Positions 50,267-60,774 of a stretch of DNA of 64,000 bases are shown one piece after another. The position numbers and the translations under genes were made by a program. Source of the DNA: a virus. The stretch spans positions 24,093-88,092 of IMG/VR virus record IMGVR_UViG_3300022602_000003. One strand, 5' to 3'. Position 1 is the first letter of the stretch, and every line of letters starts with the position of its first letter. The notes under the pieces were generated by a model. That model did no database searches and was not told the DNA's origin. It saw only the letters and a list, made by a program, of their open reading frames with translations.

Positions 50267-50829
50267 TATAGCACCGTCGCTAGCACGTTAAGCAAACTTT
50301 CGTTTGCATCAATAAATGAGATGCCGATTGATTCGGCTACCTCTCTGTCATATGGAGCGTCTCCAACAAAATAAATGTTTTCGTGATGAAAGTTTTTAAT
50401 TCGTTGAAGTTGCTCAGTTTTTGATTGGCCTTTTATCGAAGAAAATGAGTCTTGAAAATACTTTTTGACAAATGAGCCAAAAACATGCGATGGAGTACTG
50501 CTGCAAAGATACATCGGTATGTTGTTGTTTTTTAAGACTCGTACAACCATTGATGCATACGGCATTTCTTTCGTATCATCATTGTAAATACTTACGACTC
50601 GTTCATTGTTGAATAAGTTGATGACAAGTTTTTTCCTGTCTACATCTTCTTCGGGAAAAAGCATTTCAATTTGAGTCTCAAAAGGACGACCAATTGTCGA
50701 TAAGTACATTGACTTCGACAAGTCTTTTGGCAACTTAAAAAAGCTAGAGATTAACTCAGTAGCTAAATCAGCAAGACCTGGCATTGTGTCAGCCAAAGTA
50801 CCGTCGAAGTCAAATGCAACCACCGTCAT
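50266..50829 (-). CDS. HAD-superfamily phosphatase
   Basis: FDFDGTLADT, CSS, K, VGDA.YD. Confidence 0.88.
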   Translation of the reverse strand: MTVVAFDFDGTLADTMPGLADLATELISSFFKLPKDLSKSMYLSTIGRPFETQIEMLFPEEDVDRKKLVINLFNNERVVSIYNDDTKEMPYASMVVRVLKNNNIPMYLCSSTPSHVFGSFVKKYFQDSFSSIKGQSKTEQLQRIKNFHHENIYFVGDAPYDREVAESIGISFIDANESLLNVLATVL

Positions 50830-50837
50830 TGTAGTCC

Positions 50838-51911
50838 TTAGTTTTCTGAGATGTACTTGTTGACTAAGTCCCGAGATACGTCATCACGAATTTGCTTCAT
50901 CGGACTCTTAAAGAAGTACGAAGAAGGTTCAATGATTGAACCGCTAAGACCACGGTCAAGAGCAATCTTTGCGCAACGAATTGCGTCAATCGCTACTCCT
51001 GCCGAGTTAGGCGAGTCAACAACTTCAAGCTTAAGCTCTATGTTCAACGGTACATCGCCAAATGTGCGACCTTCCATACGGATGTGCGCCCACTTGCGGT
51101 CTTCCAACCAAGGAACATAGTCCGATGGACCGACGTGAACATTCACATCACCCATGTCGTAGTCCAACATTGAAATCACGGCGTTGGTCTTAGAAATCTT
51201 CTTGGACTCGAGACGCTCGCGTTCAAGCATGTTCTTGAAGTCCATGTTTCCACCGACGTTAAGTTGTGAAGTGCGCTCTAGCTTTACGCCACGGTCTTGG
51301 AACAAAGAAGTAAGTACTCGGTGAACAATAGTTGCACCGACTTGACTCTTAATGTCGTCACCAAGAATTGGCAGACCAGCCTGAACAAAGCGGTCGTGCC
51401 AGTACTTTTCACGAGCAATAAATACTGGAATGCAATTTACAAAAGCGCAACCAGCAGCCAAAGCCTGCTCAACGTACCACTTTGTCGCCTCTTCAGAGCC
51501 GACAGGCAAGTAGCTAATAATTACATCAGTCTCGGTGTCTCGAAGGACCTGAGCAACGTCTACAGCCTCCTCTGAGGACTTCTCAACAGTGTCCTGGTAG
51601 TACTTACCCAGACCGTCGTGAACCATTCCACGAGAAACTTTGACGCCGAGCTTAGGCACATCAGCGAACTTGACCGTGTTGTTCGGGTAAGCGAAAATTG
51701 CTTCGCTTACGTCCAAGCCAACTTTAGTTTCTACGACGTCGAATGCGGCAACGATGTTGATGTCTCGAATAAGGTATCCGCCAACAGAGTTGTGCATTAC
51801 ACCTGGGACGGTCTCATCGTTTGCTTCTACGTTCTTGTAGAATTCGATTCCCTGAACAAGGGAGCTAGCGCAGTTACCCACGCCTACAATTGCAACGTTA
51901 ATTTTCTTCAT
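50838..51911 (-). CDS. ino1: myo-inositol-1-phosphate synthase
   Basis: [59 protein letters not shown]. Confidence 0.95.
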   Translation of the reverse strand: MKKINVAIVGVGNCASSLVQGIEFYKNVEANDETVPGVMHNSVGGYLIRDINIVAAFDVVETKVGLDVSEAIFAYPNNTVKFADVPKLGVKVSRGMVHDGLGKYYQDTVEKSSEEAVDVAQVLRDTETDVIISYLPVGSEEATKWYVEQALAAGCAFVNCIPVFIAREKYWHDRFVQAGLPILGDDIKSQVGATIVHRVLTSLFQDRGVKLERTSQLNVGGNMDFKNMLERERLESKKISKTNAVISMLDYDMGDVNVHVGPSDYVPWLEDRKWAHIRMEGRTFGDVPLNIELKLEVVDSPNSAGVAIDAIRCAKIALDRGLSGSIIEPSSYFFKSPMKQIRDDVSRDLVNKYISEN

Positions 51912-51913
51912 GA

Positions 51914-52435
51914 TTAAAACGGTGGAGTTGGAGGAGCAGTGCTAGTTGTTGGAGCAGTCGGAGGAGTCGACACCGTAGGAGATGCAGGAGTTGATGCGAC
52001 TGGCGAAGCAGTTGCATTTGCAGCACCCTCAGCGGCAAGAATCTTCTTGACCTCGTTGCGGACTGAACCGTTGTACTCAGACTGGCCGAGCTCAACTCGA
52101 CAAACCTTGTTCTCAAGAGCCGCTGCAACTTGGTCGTCTGACGGCTGAGCAGCAAAGAACTCTGTCGTCAAGCCAAGGATGCGCATGTTCGAGAAGAAGT
52201 ATCCGAGAGCCTTGGGGTTTTCTGGAGTCACAACGAAGCGATTCCATACCCGGCGATTTGCGTGAGGTCCGCTGACCACCTGCATTTCGACTTCGAACAT
52301 CGACTTACCCGACTGGGCAATCTTGTGTGATGATTTTACGATTTTTACATCGTACTGGCCGTTTGGAAGTGGCTCGTAATTTCCACCGCCGCCTGAAGCT
52401 TGTGCTTCTTGTAGAAGGTCTTTCCACGTTGGCAT
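51914..52435 (-). CDS. DUF669-like ssDNA-binding protein
   Basis: YEPLP.G.Y.VKI...SGK.M...GPH.NRRVW...YNG..RNEVK; Pro-rich tail ending in PF. Confidence 0.75.
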   Translation of the reverse strand: MPTWKDLLQEAQASGGGGNYEPLPNGQYDVKIVKSSHKIAQSGKSMFEVEMQVVSGPHANRRVWNRFVVTPENPKALGYFFSNMRILGLTTEFFAAQPSDDQVAAALENKVCRVELGQSEYNGSVRNEVKKILAAEGAANATASPVASTPASPTVSTPPTAPTTSTAPPTPPF

Positions 52436-52445
52436 CTTTTGTCTC

Positions 52446-53168
52446 CTATTTCTTCTTATTACTGCTTGTGTTGTAAATCATACCCAGCATTGTCATTACG
52501 TTAGGGTTCTCAATAACATTACCAAGTTTTCCTGTACGGTCGCCGGCCTCAAATGCACTGTGTTGCGTGCACAAAAGTCGCCGAGTCGTTTCTCCCGTGT
52601 CTGCGTTGAGTTCGGACCATAAGTATCCGACCACATCGACATAATATGGAAGAGTGTTTGCAAGTTGGCCTTGCACGTATGGACGACTGACGCCGTCAGC
52701 GTTACGAGTCATTGCGACAAATATAACTGTCTGAAGAGGGTTCGTCGGATGAATAATTAAGTCACGGTATGAGCGAATAAGAGATGACATTTTTCTCAGT
52801 AGCTCACCCCAGTCCTGCGTCTTCATTTGTTCTGTTCCGACGATTGCATCAATACACCGTTGCTGCGTCTCAGACAGCGAGTCAATGGTGACAGACTTAA
52901 AGGGGTGCTTTCCAGAGTTCAACCAGTCGTAGACTCGTTGTACGTCTTGAAATGAGCGAACATAAACAACGCACGTGTCCCAAGTACCGTCGTTTTCTGG
53001 CGGTGCTTGAGTGAGTGGGTCCCAAATCTTTTTCGGCGAAGAAGTAAATCGTGTACTTGCTCCACCTTCTGCGTCGAGAATTAGTCTCGGTGCTGGACTT
53101 GTATCGGAAAGAAAAGACTTACCGCTTTTACTTGGCCCGTGGACCAGGATACTTACACCTTGTGTCAT
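52446..53168 (-). CDS. AAA_24 / Sak4-like recombinase ATPase
   Basis: HGPSKSGKS, LDAEGG, IDSLSE, DWG, YVDVVGY. Confidence 0.82.
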   Translation of the reverse strand: MTQGVSILVHGPSKSGKSFLSDTSPAPRLILDAEGGASTRFTSSPKKIWDPLTQAPPENDGTWDTCVVYVRSFQDVQRVYDWLNSGKHPFKSVTIDSLSETQQRCIDAIVGTEQMKTQDWGELLRKMSSLIRSYRDLIIHPTNPLQTVIFVAMTRNADGVSRPYVQGQLANTLPYYVDVVGYLWSELNADTGETTRRLLCTQHSAFEAGDRTGKLGNVIENPNVMTMLGMIYNTSSNKKK

Positions 53169-54091
53169 AGGTTCACCTCTGATTCATATCTTTCGTAAGG
53201 ATTGTGTACTTTAAATGCCGTCTCAAGAACGCCTTCAGCATGAGAGCCGTCGTCAAACATAGGACAAACGGTGCGGAACTCACAATCCCACGCGCAGTTG
53301 TTATTAGGAGAAGGATAGGCGGCAATACGGTGGTCTACTCCACTATTTAATTGGTCTTCAACCATAATCATATTGCTAAGAGTACCGTAAAGACGATACC
53401 AGAAGTTTTTAAGTTCGATATCGTTGTGATGAATAGTTTCACGCATGTAAAAGGGCGGCTTGGCATTTGCCGTGCGCTTTACTTTACGAAGCATATTATA
53501 AATTCCACCGGTGACGTGTTCTTCTTTAGGCTTAGTCATTTGCTCAAGAAGTTGGTACATAAGAGGTTGCTCGTTAATTTCAAGAGTACGAGTTAGACCG
53601 TCAAAAGAAGCGCACGTTTTGTGGTCCATAGAAAGAAGACGACCGTCAGACTTGCGACGAATACGAGTATCAAGTTTTCCAATGATAGTTACTGGCAAGC
53701 CCTCAAAATCTGAGCGCAATTCTTCTTCGACTGAGATAACATCAAAGTCATCATCAACACCAGTGTCTTGGACCCATTCAACGTAACCCTCAATCATCAC
53801 TAAAGCAAGCGCGGCTTCTTTATTGAGTTCCTCCATAACAATTACATTTTCAGGGTCTACAGCGTCACGAGCAATCTGATACTGCTCACGGATAACCTCA
53901 ATCGGGTCACGAGGCTCTGGTGCGTAATAAGCGGCGAGTGCTTCGTGAACTCGAGTACCAAGCTTCAAAGCTCCGGTTTCTCGTTCCTCTACTTTTCGAA
54001 GCTTACGGTGGTAAGCAAGCCACCACTTACGGCGGCAACGCTTAAAAGTTTGAATTTCTGAGTTACTAACGTGCATTTGTCTTTCCGTCAT
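53165..54091 (-). CDS. Cas4-like PD-(D/E)XK exonuclease
   Basis: S.SEI..F..CRRKW, GT.VH, GKLD, DHKT, Q...Y, C..C.F..VC. Confidence 0.85.
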   Translation of the reverse strand: MTERQMHVSNSEIQTFKRCRRKWWLAYHRKLRKVEERETGALKLGTRVHEALAAYYAPEPRDPIEVIREQYQIARDAVDPENVIVMEELNKEAALALVMIEGYVEWVQDTGVDDDFDVISVEEELRSDFEGLPVTIIGKLDTRIRRKSDGRLLSMDHKTCASFDGLTRTLEINEQPLMYQLLEQMTKPKEEHVTGGIYNMLRKVKRTANAKPPFYMRETIHHNDIELKNFWYRLYGTLSNMIMVEDQLNSGVDHRIAAYPSPNNNCAWDCEFRTVCPMFDDGSHAEGVLETAFKVHNPYERYESEVNL

Positions 54092-54111
54092 GGTCTATAC
54101 TTTATCAGGTC

Positions 54112-55875
54112 TTATGCCACGTTTTGCCCGAAAAGAAGCTTTTTCATAGTTTCTGAATCACGTAAAATCTCATTCAGATTTTCGCCTTTTTCTTGCAAAC
54201 GTTCGAGTTGACGGCCAACTTCCATCGTGCCTTCAGTTACGACATCGATAATAGTTACCTGTTCGTGTTGTTCTGAGCCGATGCGGTGTACTCGGTCTTC
54301 AGTTTGCATATTGTCAATCAATGACCAAGAACGCTGAAGCATTACTAAGTACGGTGCTGTTGTCAAAGTAATACCAGTACCACCAGACTGAACTGTGAGC
54401 AGAATTACACGGACTCGCTTTTCTTGAAAGTCGGCAATTGCATTTGCTCGTTCGTCCATTGACTGACCACCGGTAACACTTGAAAATGAAATGCCCTCCT
54501 TGGTCAAACGCTCTTCGCAAAGAGTAAGAAGTTGTCGAGATACCATACCAACGGCAACTGGCTCATCACCAATGCTATCGATAATTTCCATAAGCGCATC
54601 GACCTTACAAGAAGGAGCAGACAAAGAGACTGAACCGTCGTCATTGATTTCTGCGTACGCTGATGCAAATTGAAGAAGACGAGTATATTGCGCCAGTGGA
54701 TTAGTTGTAACCAACACACCGCTTTCAAGCTCAGCAATCATGTTTGCCGCCATATCTTGATACGCATCTTTTTGTTTCTTATTCATCTCACATACCCACT
54801 CCTGTCTAAGCTTAGGAGGTAGGAATGGCAACAACACTTCTTTTGGAACTCGTCGAAACCGAGGGTCAAGGAACGAGAAAAGTTCATCGGCCGTCAAAGG
54901 ATTTGCACCACCAACGTCGAGTGAGCCCCAACTATTCCAAGTTGCTAAAGCATATCGCTCGATGAAACTACTCTTGCGAGGGAAATCTTCTGGCGAGTTA
55001 CCGTGCATAATAGCCCAGAGGTCACCGAGATGCTGAGCAATTGGAGTACCGGTCGCGTCCCAGCAATAACGAACAGAACTGGCATGTTGCAATGCCCATG
55101 ACGCTCTTGTCTGCTTACTTGATGGGTCCTTAGCTCTATGCGCTTCGTCTCGAATGACGGTGCGCCAAGGAATAGTGTTTAATGCTTTAGGATGTACTTC
55201 ACAGCGATTTTCAGAGATTGCTGGGTCTTCACCGCCGTGTTCAACGCAACGAACCAAAGAAATTGAACCGTAGTTTGCAAGACGAGAAAGAGTGCGAAGC
55301 CCTTCCCAGTTCACAACAACAAGAACTTTGTCGCCGTCATTGATGTCCTCAAGTTGTTTCTTTCGTTTGGCAGCGCCACCGTCAAGAATTCTGACTTCAC
55401 AATCAAGACCAAGTTTTTCGACCTCTTGCTTCCAAGCAGTGCGTACACCGTTAGGAGTCACAACAATCGCTGGCCAGCCGTCATCTGGGATAGCTAGAAG
55501 AAGCTGGCGAGTCTTACCAGTACCCATTGGGTCACCGAGAAGACCGCGCTTGGTAGCACGAAGCCACTGCACTCCAGCTCGTTGCGGTGGAAACAATCGC
55601 TCGTCTCCTTCGGCGTCGATTGCCGAACGAAGTTCCATGCAAGGGTCTACTCGAGTTTGCTTTTCGTTTTGAGCCCATGCCATAAGGTTAGGTCCAATTT
55701 CAAGTCGTTCTTGAAAGACTCCACGAAGTGCTACGCAACTTGCCCAACTTAATGGAAGTCGCCAACTACCACTTTGAGACCACTTTGTGCCGGGAATACT
55801 TTTAATCGCATACCTGTCGCGGTATTCAGTGGTGATAGAGATTTCGTTACCGTCAATCTCAGCAACCGGCATCAT
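54112..55875 (-). CDS. SNF2-like helicase
   Basis: DPMGTGKT, DEAH, TGTP, GITLT, Q.EDRVHRIG. Confidence 0.9.
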   Translation of the reverse strand: MMPVAEIDGNEISITTEYRDRYAIKSIPGTKWSQSGSWRLPLSWASCVALRGVFQERLEIGPNLMAWAQNEKQTRVDPCMELRSAIDAEGDERLFPPQRAGVQWLRATKRGLLGDPMGTGKTRQLLLAIPDDGWPAIVVTPNGVRTAWKQEVEKLGLDCEVRILDGGAAKRKKQLEDINDGDKVLVVVNWEGLRTLSRLANYGSISLVRCVEHGGEDPAISENRCEVHPKALNTIPWRTVIRDEAHRAKDPSSKQTRASWALQHASSVRYCWDATGTPIAQHLGDLWAIMHGNSPEDFPRKSSFIERYALATWNSWGSLDVGGANPLTADELFSFLDPRFRRVPKEVLLPFLPPKLRQEWVCEMNKKQKDAYQDMAANMIAELESGVLVTTNPLAQYTRLLQFASAYAEINDDGSVSLSAPSCKVDALMEIIDSIGDEPVAVGMVSRQLLTLCEERLTKEGISFSSVTGGQSMDERANAIADFQEKRVRVILLTVQSGGTGITLTTAPYLVMLQRSWSLIDNMQTEDRVHRIGSEQHEQVTIIDVVTEGTMEVGRQLERLQEKGENLNEILRDSETMKKLLFGQNVA

Positions 55876-55904
55876 GCTCCTTTGTTAGTCCTGTTTTTAT
55901 TGTA

Positions 55905-56345
55905 TCAAAGAGAAGTTCGTTTGATAAATATTTTTGGGTCAATAATTTTATTTTTTGTGAGATAGAGAAGAAGATGTCTTTGCGCATCTCTTGCGTGCCC
56001 AGCTCCTGGTGGTTTGTACCAGCCAATTCCGTCCAATCTTTCGTCAGTCGAGAATCTTTTTGCGTCGCTTGCGTTTTGCAATACAAAAGGTATACCGTGC
56101 TTTTCGCATACATGTTTAAGAACTCCAATTTGCTCAAGTGACCACGGTGCTTGGCTAAACTTACCTGTTTGAGCACCAATGATGTACCGCTCACTAATGA
56201 CAAAATCGACTTCCTTATTTTCTATTATGCTTTCGGCTTTTAGCAAGAATTCTCTTGCTGGCAATTCGCCTTCAATGCGAGTGCCGTCAATCCAGATTAC
56301 ATACCCTGTGACTTTTCCTGGGTCCACTGAAAGAACATTCGGCAT
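55905..56345 (-). CDS. RuvC-like Holliday junction resolvase
   Basis: SVDPGKVTG, ISE, HARDA. Confidence 0.72.
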   Translation of the reverse strand: MPNVLSVDPGKVTGYVIWIDGTRIEGELPAREFLLKAESIIENKEVDFVISERYIIGAQTGKFSQAPWSLEQIGVLKHVCEKHGIPFVLQNASDAKRFSTDERLDGIGWYKPPGAGHARDAQRHLLLYLTKNKIIDPKIFIKRTSL

Positions 56346-58126
56346 TAACTCCCATACTTGGCACCCCAACGAGATAGAGGACCGTCAATACCAACTGTAA
56401 GTGGTACAGCCCAACGGTCGTCGGACATTGCCTTAGATATAACTTGTTGTATCTCAATCATATCTTCATTTGGAACATCGGCAATGATTTCGTCATGTAC
56501 TGGAAGTAGAAGATACTGTCCAGCATCACTTTCGTCAAGTCGAACAAGAGCCTCTTTAAAGACGTCAGCGGCCATGCCTTGAATTAACGCGTTAACCAAT
56601 GCATAGTCTCGGTCGTTGTCGCTTTTTTGTAGACGACCAAGTGGAGTCTTGACATACGCAACGCCTTCTGACTGCTTTCGCATTTCCACCGTGCGACCTA
56701 CTTGGTTTTGGAATTCTCGTACTCCAGGAAACATTGTGTCGTACTGGTTTAAGAATTGCTTTGCATCCTCAAGTGAGATGCCCGCCGTCATAGCAATTTT
56801 GTCAGGCCCAGCGCCGTAGATTTTGGCGAAGCCAACACCTTTAGCGATTTGACGTCGCGTGTCTTTCTTATCAATTGTGTTATCACCATAGACTCGTTGA
56901 GCCGTGGCCAAGTGAATATCACCTGAGTTAATTGCGTCAATAAGATTTTGGTCTTGAGCAAAATGAGCAAGGCATCGCATTTCAATACCGTCAAAGTCTG
57001 CCGAAATAAGTGAATGACCTTCACGTGGAATAAAGCAGTCTCGTACAATTCGACCTCGAGGAAGAGTTTGCAATGCTGGGCGTTCCATTGACATACGACC
57101 AGTACGAGCTCCGACCTGATTAATGCGAGGATGCACGAAGCCGTTTTCGTCTACAGATTCAAGAAATACATCAAGGTAAGTCGAACGAATTTTCTCAGAC
57201 TTACGCCGTGCATATACTTGATACGCCAGTACTTGGCCTTCGTTCAAAGTAGAAAAATCAACATCTTCAAGATTGCCACCGATAATTGAAGTCAATACAT
57301 CTTCATCAAGAGCGTAGCCACCGCTGCTTGTTCGATTAGTTAACTCGATGCCAAGTTTTAGAAGTGTTTCAGTGACCTCACGGTTAGACCCTGGACTGAT
57401 GTTGTATTTTTCTCCACACCAAGTAGTCACTCCGTTGGCAAAGGCTTGTAGCTCAGTAGACTTATTTCTAGTGTACTCTAAGTCAATTCTAGAGCCTCGA
57501 GTTTCCATGTCAGTAAGAACCCATTGGACTGCTTGTTCAAGGTCATACAAGCGATTGTAGGACTGCTTAATTGACGGATAAAGTTTGCTAAACATGTGAG
57601 CAGTTAAAACGGTGTCCATTGCGCCATAGCACCAGTACAATTGAAAGTCAACTGGTACTGTCGCCCATGTCCACTTTTGAGTACTCATTGCTTCATCAAG
57701 AGCTCGACTTGCGTACGCTGCCGTGGAATCTACAAGTCGTGCAGCATTTGGCTTTAGAGCTGTAGACGCGGCTGGGTCTAAGATGTGACACATTAAACGA
57801 GTGTCGTGAATGTTTTCTCGTGGAAGACGAATGCCACTGTGACGTTCAAGAAAACGAACGTCAAACTTTGAGTTATGACCGACCATTTCGCCACGATATT
57901 TTTGTAGAGCCTCAATTGCAACTCCTCCCCAGCGTTCCCACGGTATTGCCCAACCAGTTCCTACATCACCAAATTGTACAAGTCTAAGCGGGTCTTTCTC
58001 TGGGTCAAGGCCGCCTGTTTCTGTGTCAAATGCTAGAACTTCACGACGTTGGCCAAGCCAAGTCATAAACTCACTAGCTTTTTCAACTGAGTCTACTAGT
58101 TCAAGATTTACGTCTTCTAATCCCAT
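56345..58126 (-). CDS. Family A DNA polymerase with 3'-5' exonuclease
   Basis: FDTETGGL, HNSKFD, RTGRMS, ADFDGIE.R, R..AK...F..IYG, NALIQG.AAD, VHDE. Confidence 0.95.
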   Translation of the reverse strand: MGLEDVNLELVDSVEKASEFMTWLGQRREVLAFDTETGGLDPEKDPLRLVQFGDVGTGWAIPWERWGGVAIEALQKYRGEMVGHNSKFDVRFLERHSGIRLPRENIHDTRLMCHILDPAASTALKPNAARLVDSTAAYASRALDEAMSTQKWTWATVPVDFQLYWCYGAMDTVLTAHMFSKLYPSIKQSYNRLYDLEQAVQWVLTDMETRGSRIDLEYTRNKSTELQAFANGVTTWCGEKYNISPGSNREVTETLLKLGIELTNRTSSGGYALDEDVLTSIIGGNLEDVDFSTLNEGQVLAYQVYARRKSEKIRSTYLDVFLESVDENGFVHPRINQVGARTGRMSMERPALQTLPRGRIVRDCFIPREGHSLISADFDGIEMRCLAHFAQDQNLIDAINSGDIHLATAQRVYGDNTIDKKDTRRQIAKGVGFAKIYGAGPDKIAMTAGISLEDAKQFLNQYDTMFPGVREFQNQVGRTVEMRKQSEGVAYVKTPLGRLQKSDNDRDYALVNALIQGMAADVFKEALVRLDESDAGQYLLLPVHDEIIADVPNEDMIEIQQVISKAMSDDRWAVPLTVGIDGPLSRWGAKYGS

Positions 58127-58620
58127 GTTATTAACTCTACTTCTATCCTGTAACTTTCTAGCAACTCTGCCGTCTCTTCAGGATTGCGCTTTTTCTCATA
58201 AGGCGTTTCTAACATCACAACTTTTTTGATGCCAGAGTTTGCGATAATAAGTGCGCAACGAATACAAGTCACACCGTTGACATAAAGAACTGGGCTTCGC
58301 TCAAGCCAAAGATTTGGCGCTCGCAAAATAGCATTTTGCTCAGCGTGAACCATATGACAATCAGTGTAATTTGGACTAATTGCGTGCTCGCCAATTTCAT
58401 TTGCCGTCACAGCTCTCGTGCACCAGAATTTGCAAGGGACATCTACGTGGTTGCCAGCCGGTACTCCATTATAGCCAACTGACAAAACACGGTTGTCTTC
58501 AGAAACAATGACCGCGCCATAATGCGCTCGACTGCACAGACTTCTCTTGCCGACAAGAGTTGCCGTGTTCATCCACAATTCACCCCATGAAATTCGTTCA
58601 TCGCTCAAGATTGTCTCCAT
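58117..58620 (-). CDS. dCMP deaminase
   Basis: GYNG, HAEQNA, CIRC. Confidence 0.88.
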   Translation of the reverse strand: METILSDERISWGELWMNTATLVGKRSLCSRAHYGAVIVSEDNRVLSVGYNGVPAGNHVDVPCKFWCTRAVTANEIGEHAISPNYTDCHMVHAEQNAILRAPNLWLERSPVLYVNGVTCIRCALIIANSGIKKVVMLETPYEKKRNPEETAELLESYRIEVELITWD

Positions 58621-59452
58621 TGATTGCCAATTGCTGCTTCAAGTGCCAGTTTTCTGTGACGCTTAGCGGTACCACATTGTCTGGGTCTTCGATAAACTTC
58701 ATTGCTCGTTCTTGAATCTCTTCAAATGAGATTCCAGGATAACCAAAGCCGTCATGAATTGTGAATGTCTTCGTTGGCTCGGTAAGAGTTTCAATCTTGT
58801 CAAAGTCTCGTTCGTATAAGTGGAATGAGACGGCATGATGATAGTAGTCGCCTGCTTCGATGTTAAGTACATTAGCCATTGCAAGATGTAGTTGTGAGAA
58901 CTGGCCCCAGTCGTGAGGAGTTCCCCACCAGACATCATTACTTCTCATCGTTACGTGCAAGACTAATTTGTCATTGCGAATAAAGAACTGAAGCATCGTT
59001 GTGCACGGCACATCACGAGACTGAGGGAAACGAAATGCGTCAAGGACTGGGTCCCAGATTGTGATTACTGCCTGACGAGAATCACGGTCTGACTGTAGTC
59101 GTTTGATTGCGTAGCCAAGTTGTGCGCCAATACGAACTCCATACGCACCGTGAAAGAATTCACCAGTAAGAAATGAAGACATATTCGGGACTGAGTTAAC
59201 AATTCGCATCGGGTAAGATGATGACGAGATTAGTTGAAGACCTTCCATACTGATAAGCTTCATGCTTAACTTACGGTTGATACCTTCAACAATTGACATG
59301 TGAGGGTCTAACTTCATAACAACATCAAACAACTCTCGAGTTGGCTCGCCTCGAGGACTTGCCTTTTCACCGTTGTCACGCAAATACTTAAGCAATAAAG
59401 GATAATCGTATTGCGGGTTTTCAATTTCAAATGAACGATTTAGTCGTTCCAT
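58598..59452 (-). CDS. Thymidylate-synthase-fold pyrimidine (hydroxy)methyltransferase
   Basis: SRQAV, DVPCT, MRSND, GTPHD, SFHLY. Confidence 0.88.
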   Translation of the reverse strand: MERLNRSFEIENPQYDYPLLLKYLRDNGEKASPRGEPTRELFDVVMKLDPHMSIVEGINRKLSMKLISMEGLQLISSSSYPMRIVNSVPNMSSFLTGEFFHGAYGVRIGAQLGYAIKRLQSDRDSRQAVITIWDPVLDAFRFPQSRDVPCTTMLQFFIRNDKLVLHVTMRSNDVWWGTPHDWGQFSQLHLAMANVLNIEAGDYYHHAVSFHLYERDFDKIETLTEPTKTFTIHDGFGYPGISFEEIQERAMKFIEDPDNVVPLSVTENWHLKQQLAINGDNLER

Positions 59453-60258
59453 GTCTTCTCCTTGATGTGTGTAAATGGAATCTTTGCATCAGTGCACCTG
59501 TCTGCGGCCTCTTCGTCAAGAGCAAAAGTTGTTGGGTTATATGTTGCATCCCAGAGACGGTCAAGTTTTTCGTTTGAGTTTGCAAAACTAGCCACAAGCA
59601 AATTGTCTAGTCCGTACTTCTTGACTATATTGTATGCCTCTGTGTTTTCATACGGTAAATAAGCGATTGGAGTATCTGAGGTTCCAATGTATAAAGAATT
59701 TGGTCGACGAGGACCAACATATGAAAGAAACGGACTAATTTGCACGCTAGCATTTTCATAAAGTGTGGCACTTTGGATAATTGGCTCGATGTCATGAAAG
59801 CCAGACGCTGAAGTCAAATAAGGCACACGACTTTTCTTTATGACGTCACGGTAAGTGTTAAATACTGACTCAACTTCATGCGGCTCAAGGTAATCTTCTC
59901 CGCGTGAATTCATGCGTTCAACAAGTTGAGGCAACGGCATTTCTGTGTGAACAATGAAAGCGCCTTTTGCAAGAAGAAATGATTCCATATGCCAGCGAAT
60001 GACTGGGTCTAATCCACCGTCGTTTCGCTTGATTGGACCATATACGTCTGGGCCAATGTGCCAACGGTCACAGATAATTGAAATGCCAGCACCAGGAACA
60101 TAATCAGCAAAAGGTAGTGAATATTCTTCAAGAACGTGAGCAACAGGCACGCCACGGTGCAAAAGAGCAACACCTTGAGTTTTTACGAGTTCTTCAAACA
60201 ACTCGTCTGCTAATGTGCTCTTTCCTGAGCAGTCAATGCCCTCAATTATGATGAGCAT
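59440..60258 (-). CDS. Deoxynucleoside monophosphate kinase with C-terminal extension
   Basis: IEGIDCSGKST, CDRW...VYG. Confidence 0.8.
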   Translation of the reverse strand: MLIIIEGIDCSGKSTLADELFEELVKTQGVALLHRGVPVAHVLEEYSLPFADYVPGAGISIICDRWHIGPDVYGPIKRNDGGLDPVIRWHMESFLLAKGAFIVHTEMPLPQLVERMNSRGEDYLEPHEVESVFNTYRDVIKKSRVPYLTSASGFHDIEPIIQSATLYENASVQISPFLSYVGPRRPNSLYIGTSDTPIAYLPYENTEAYNIVKKYGLDNLLVASFANSNEKLDRLWDATYNPTTFALDEEAADRCTDAKIPFTHIKEKTWND

Positions 60259-60286
60259 TCGTCCTCCGTTCGTTAAGTCTTGGTTT

Positions 60287-60760
60287 TTATTTTATCCGTT
60301 GAGGAGCGTAAAACGCCTCTTTTATTCCATTATCTTGTTCGGCTGCTTTAAGTAATGCAGTAGTTGAAGTCTTAGGAATATACCATACACCGTCAGCATC
60401 TCGAAGACGCAGTCGTTCAATAATGGCATTTGGGTCTTCTGAAACTTGAGCCCACTCACGATTAACTTCGTGGCATACATCTTCAGTCAAGATGGGACGG
60501 CATGTTGGGCAAGGAACAGAGTTCTTTAGCGCTGGCTTTGACTTGGCATTCTTTTCTTTCATCTGGTCGCAATTGGGCCGATGAACCACTAAACTCTTGC
60601 CAGAGCCAGCAACAATGTACCTTCCGCCTACAGTTTTGTAGATATCTACGACAAACCACCGTGGCTTATTTGGTGAGAATGACGAAGCGTTTGCCAAATG
60701 AATTCCCTCAAAATCAAGTTGGCGACCTCGGTCAAATACAGTAAAAAATTGAGGGTCCAT
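60287..60760 (-). CDS. Hypothetical protein
   Basis: 157-aa ORF containing H..C...CxxC. Confidence 0.6.
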   Translation of the reverse strand: MDPQFFTVFDRGRQLDFEGIHLANASSFSPNKPRWFVVDIYKTVGGRYIVAGSGKSLVVHRPNCDQMKEKNAKSKPALKNSVPCPTCRPILTEDVCHEVNREWAQVSEDPNAIIERLRLRDADGVWYIPKTSTTALLKAAEQDNGIKEAFYAPQRIK

Positions 60761-60774
60761 GAGAATCTAATCTA

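Noticed and set aside
53165-54091. Cas4-like nuclease as part of a CRISPR system
   Set aside because: It lies in a standard phage SSB / Sak4 / exonuclease recombination module, with no array or other cas genes.
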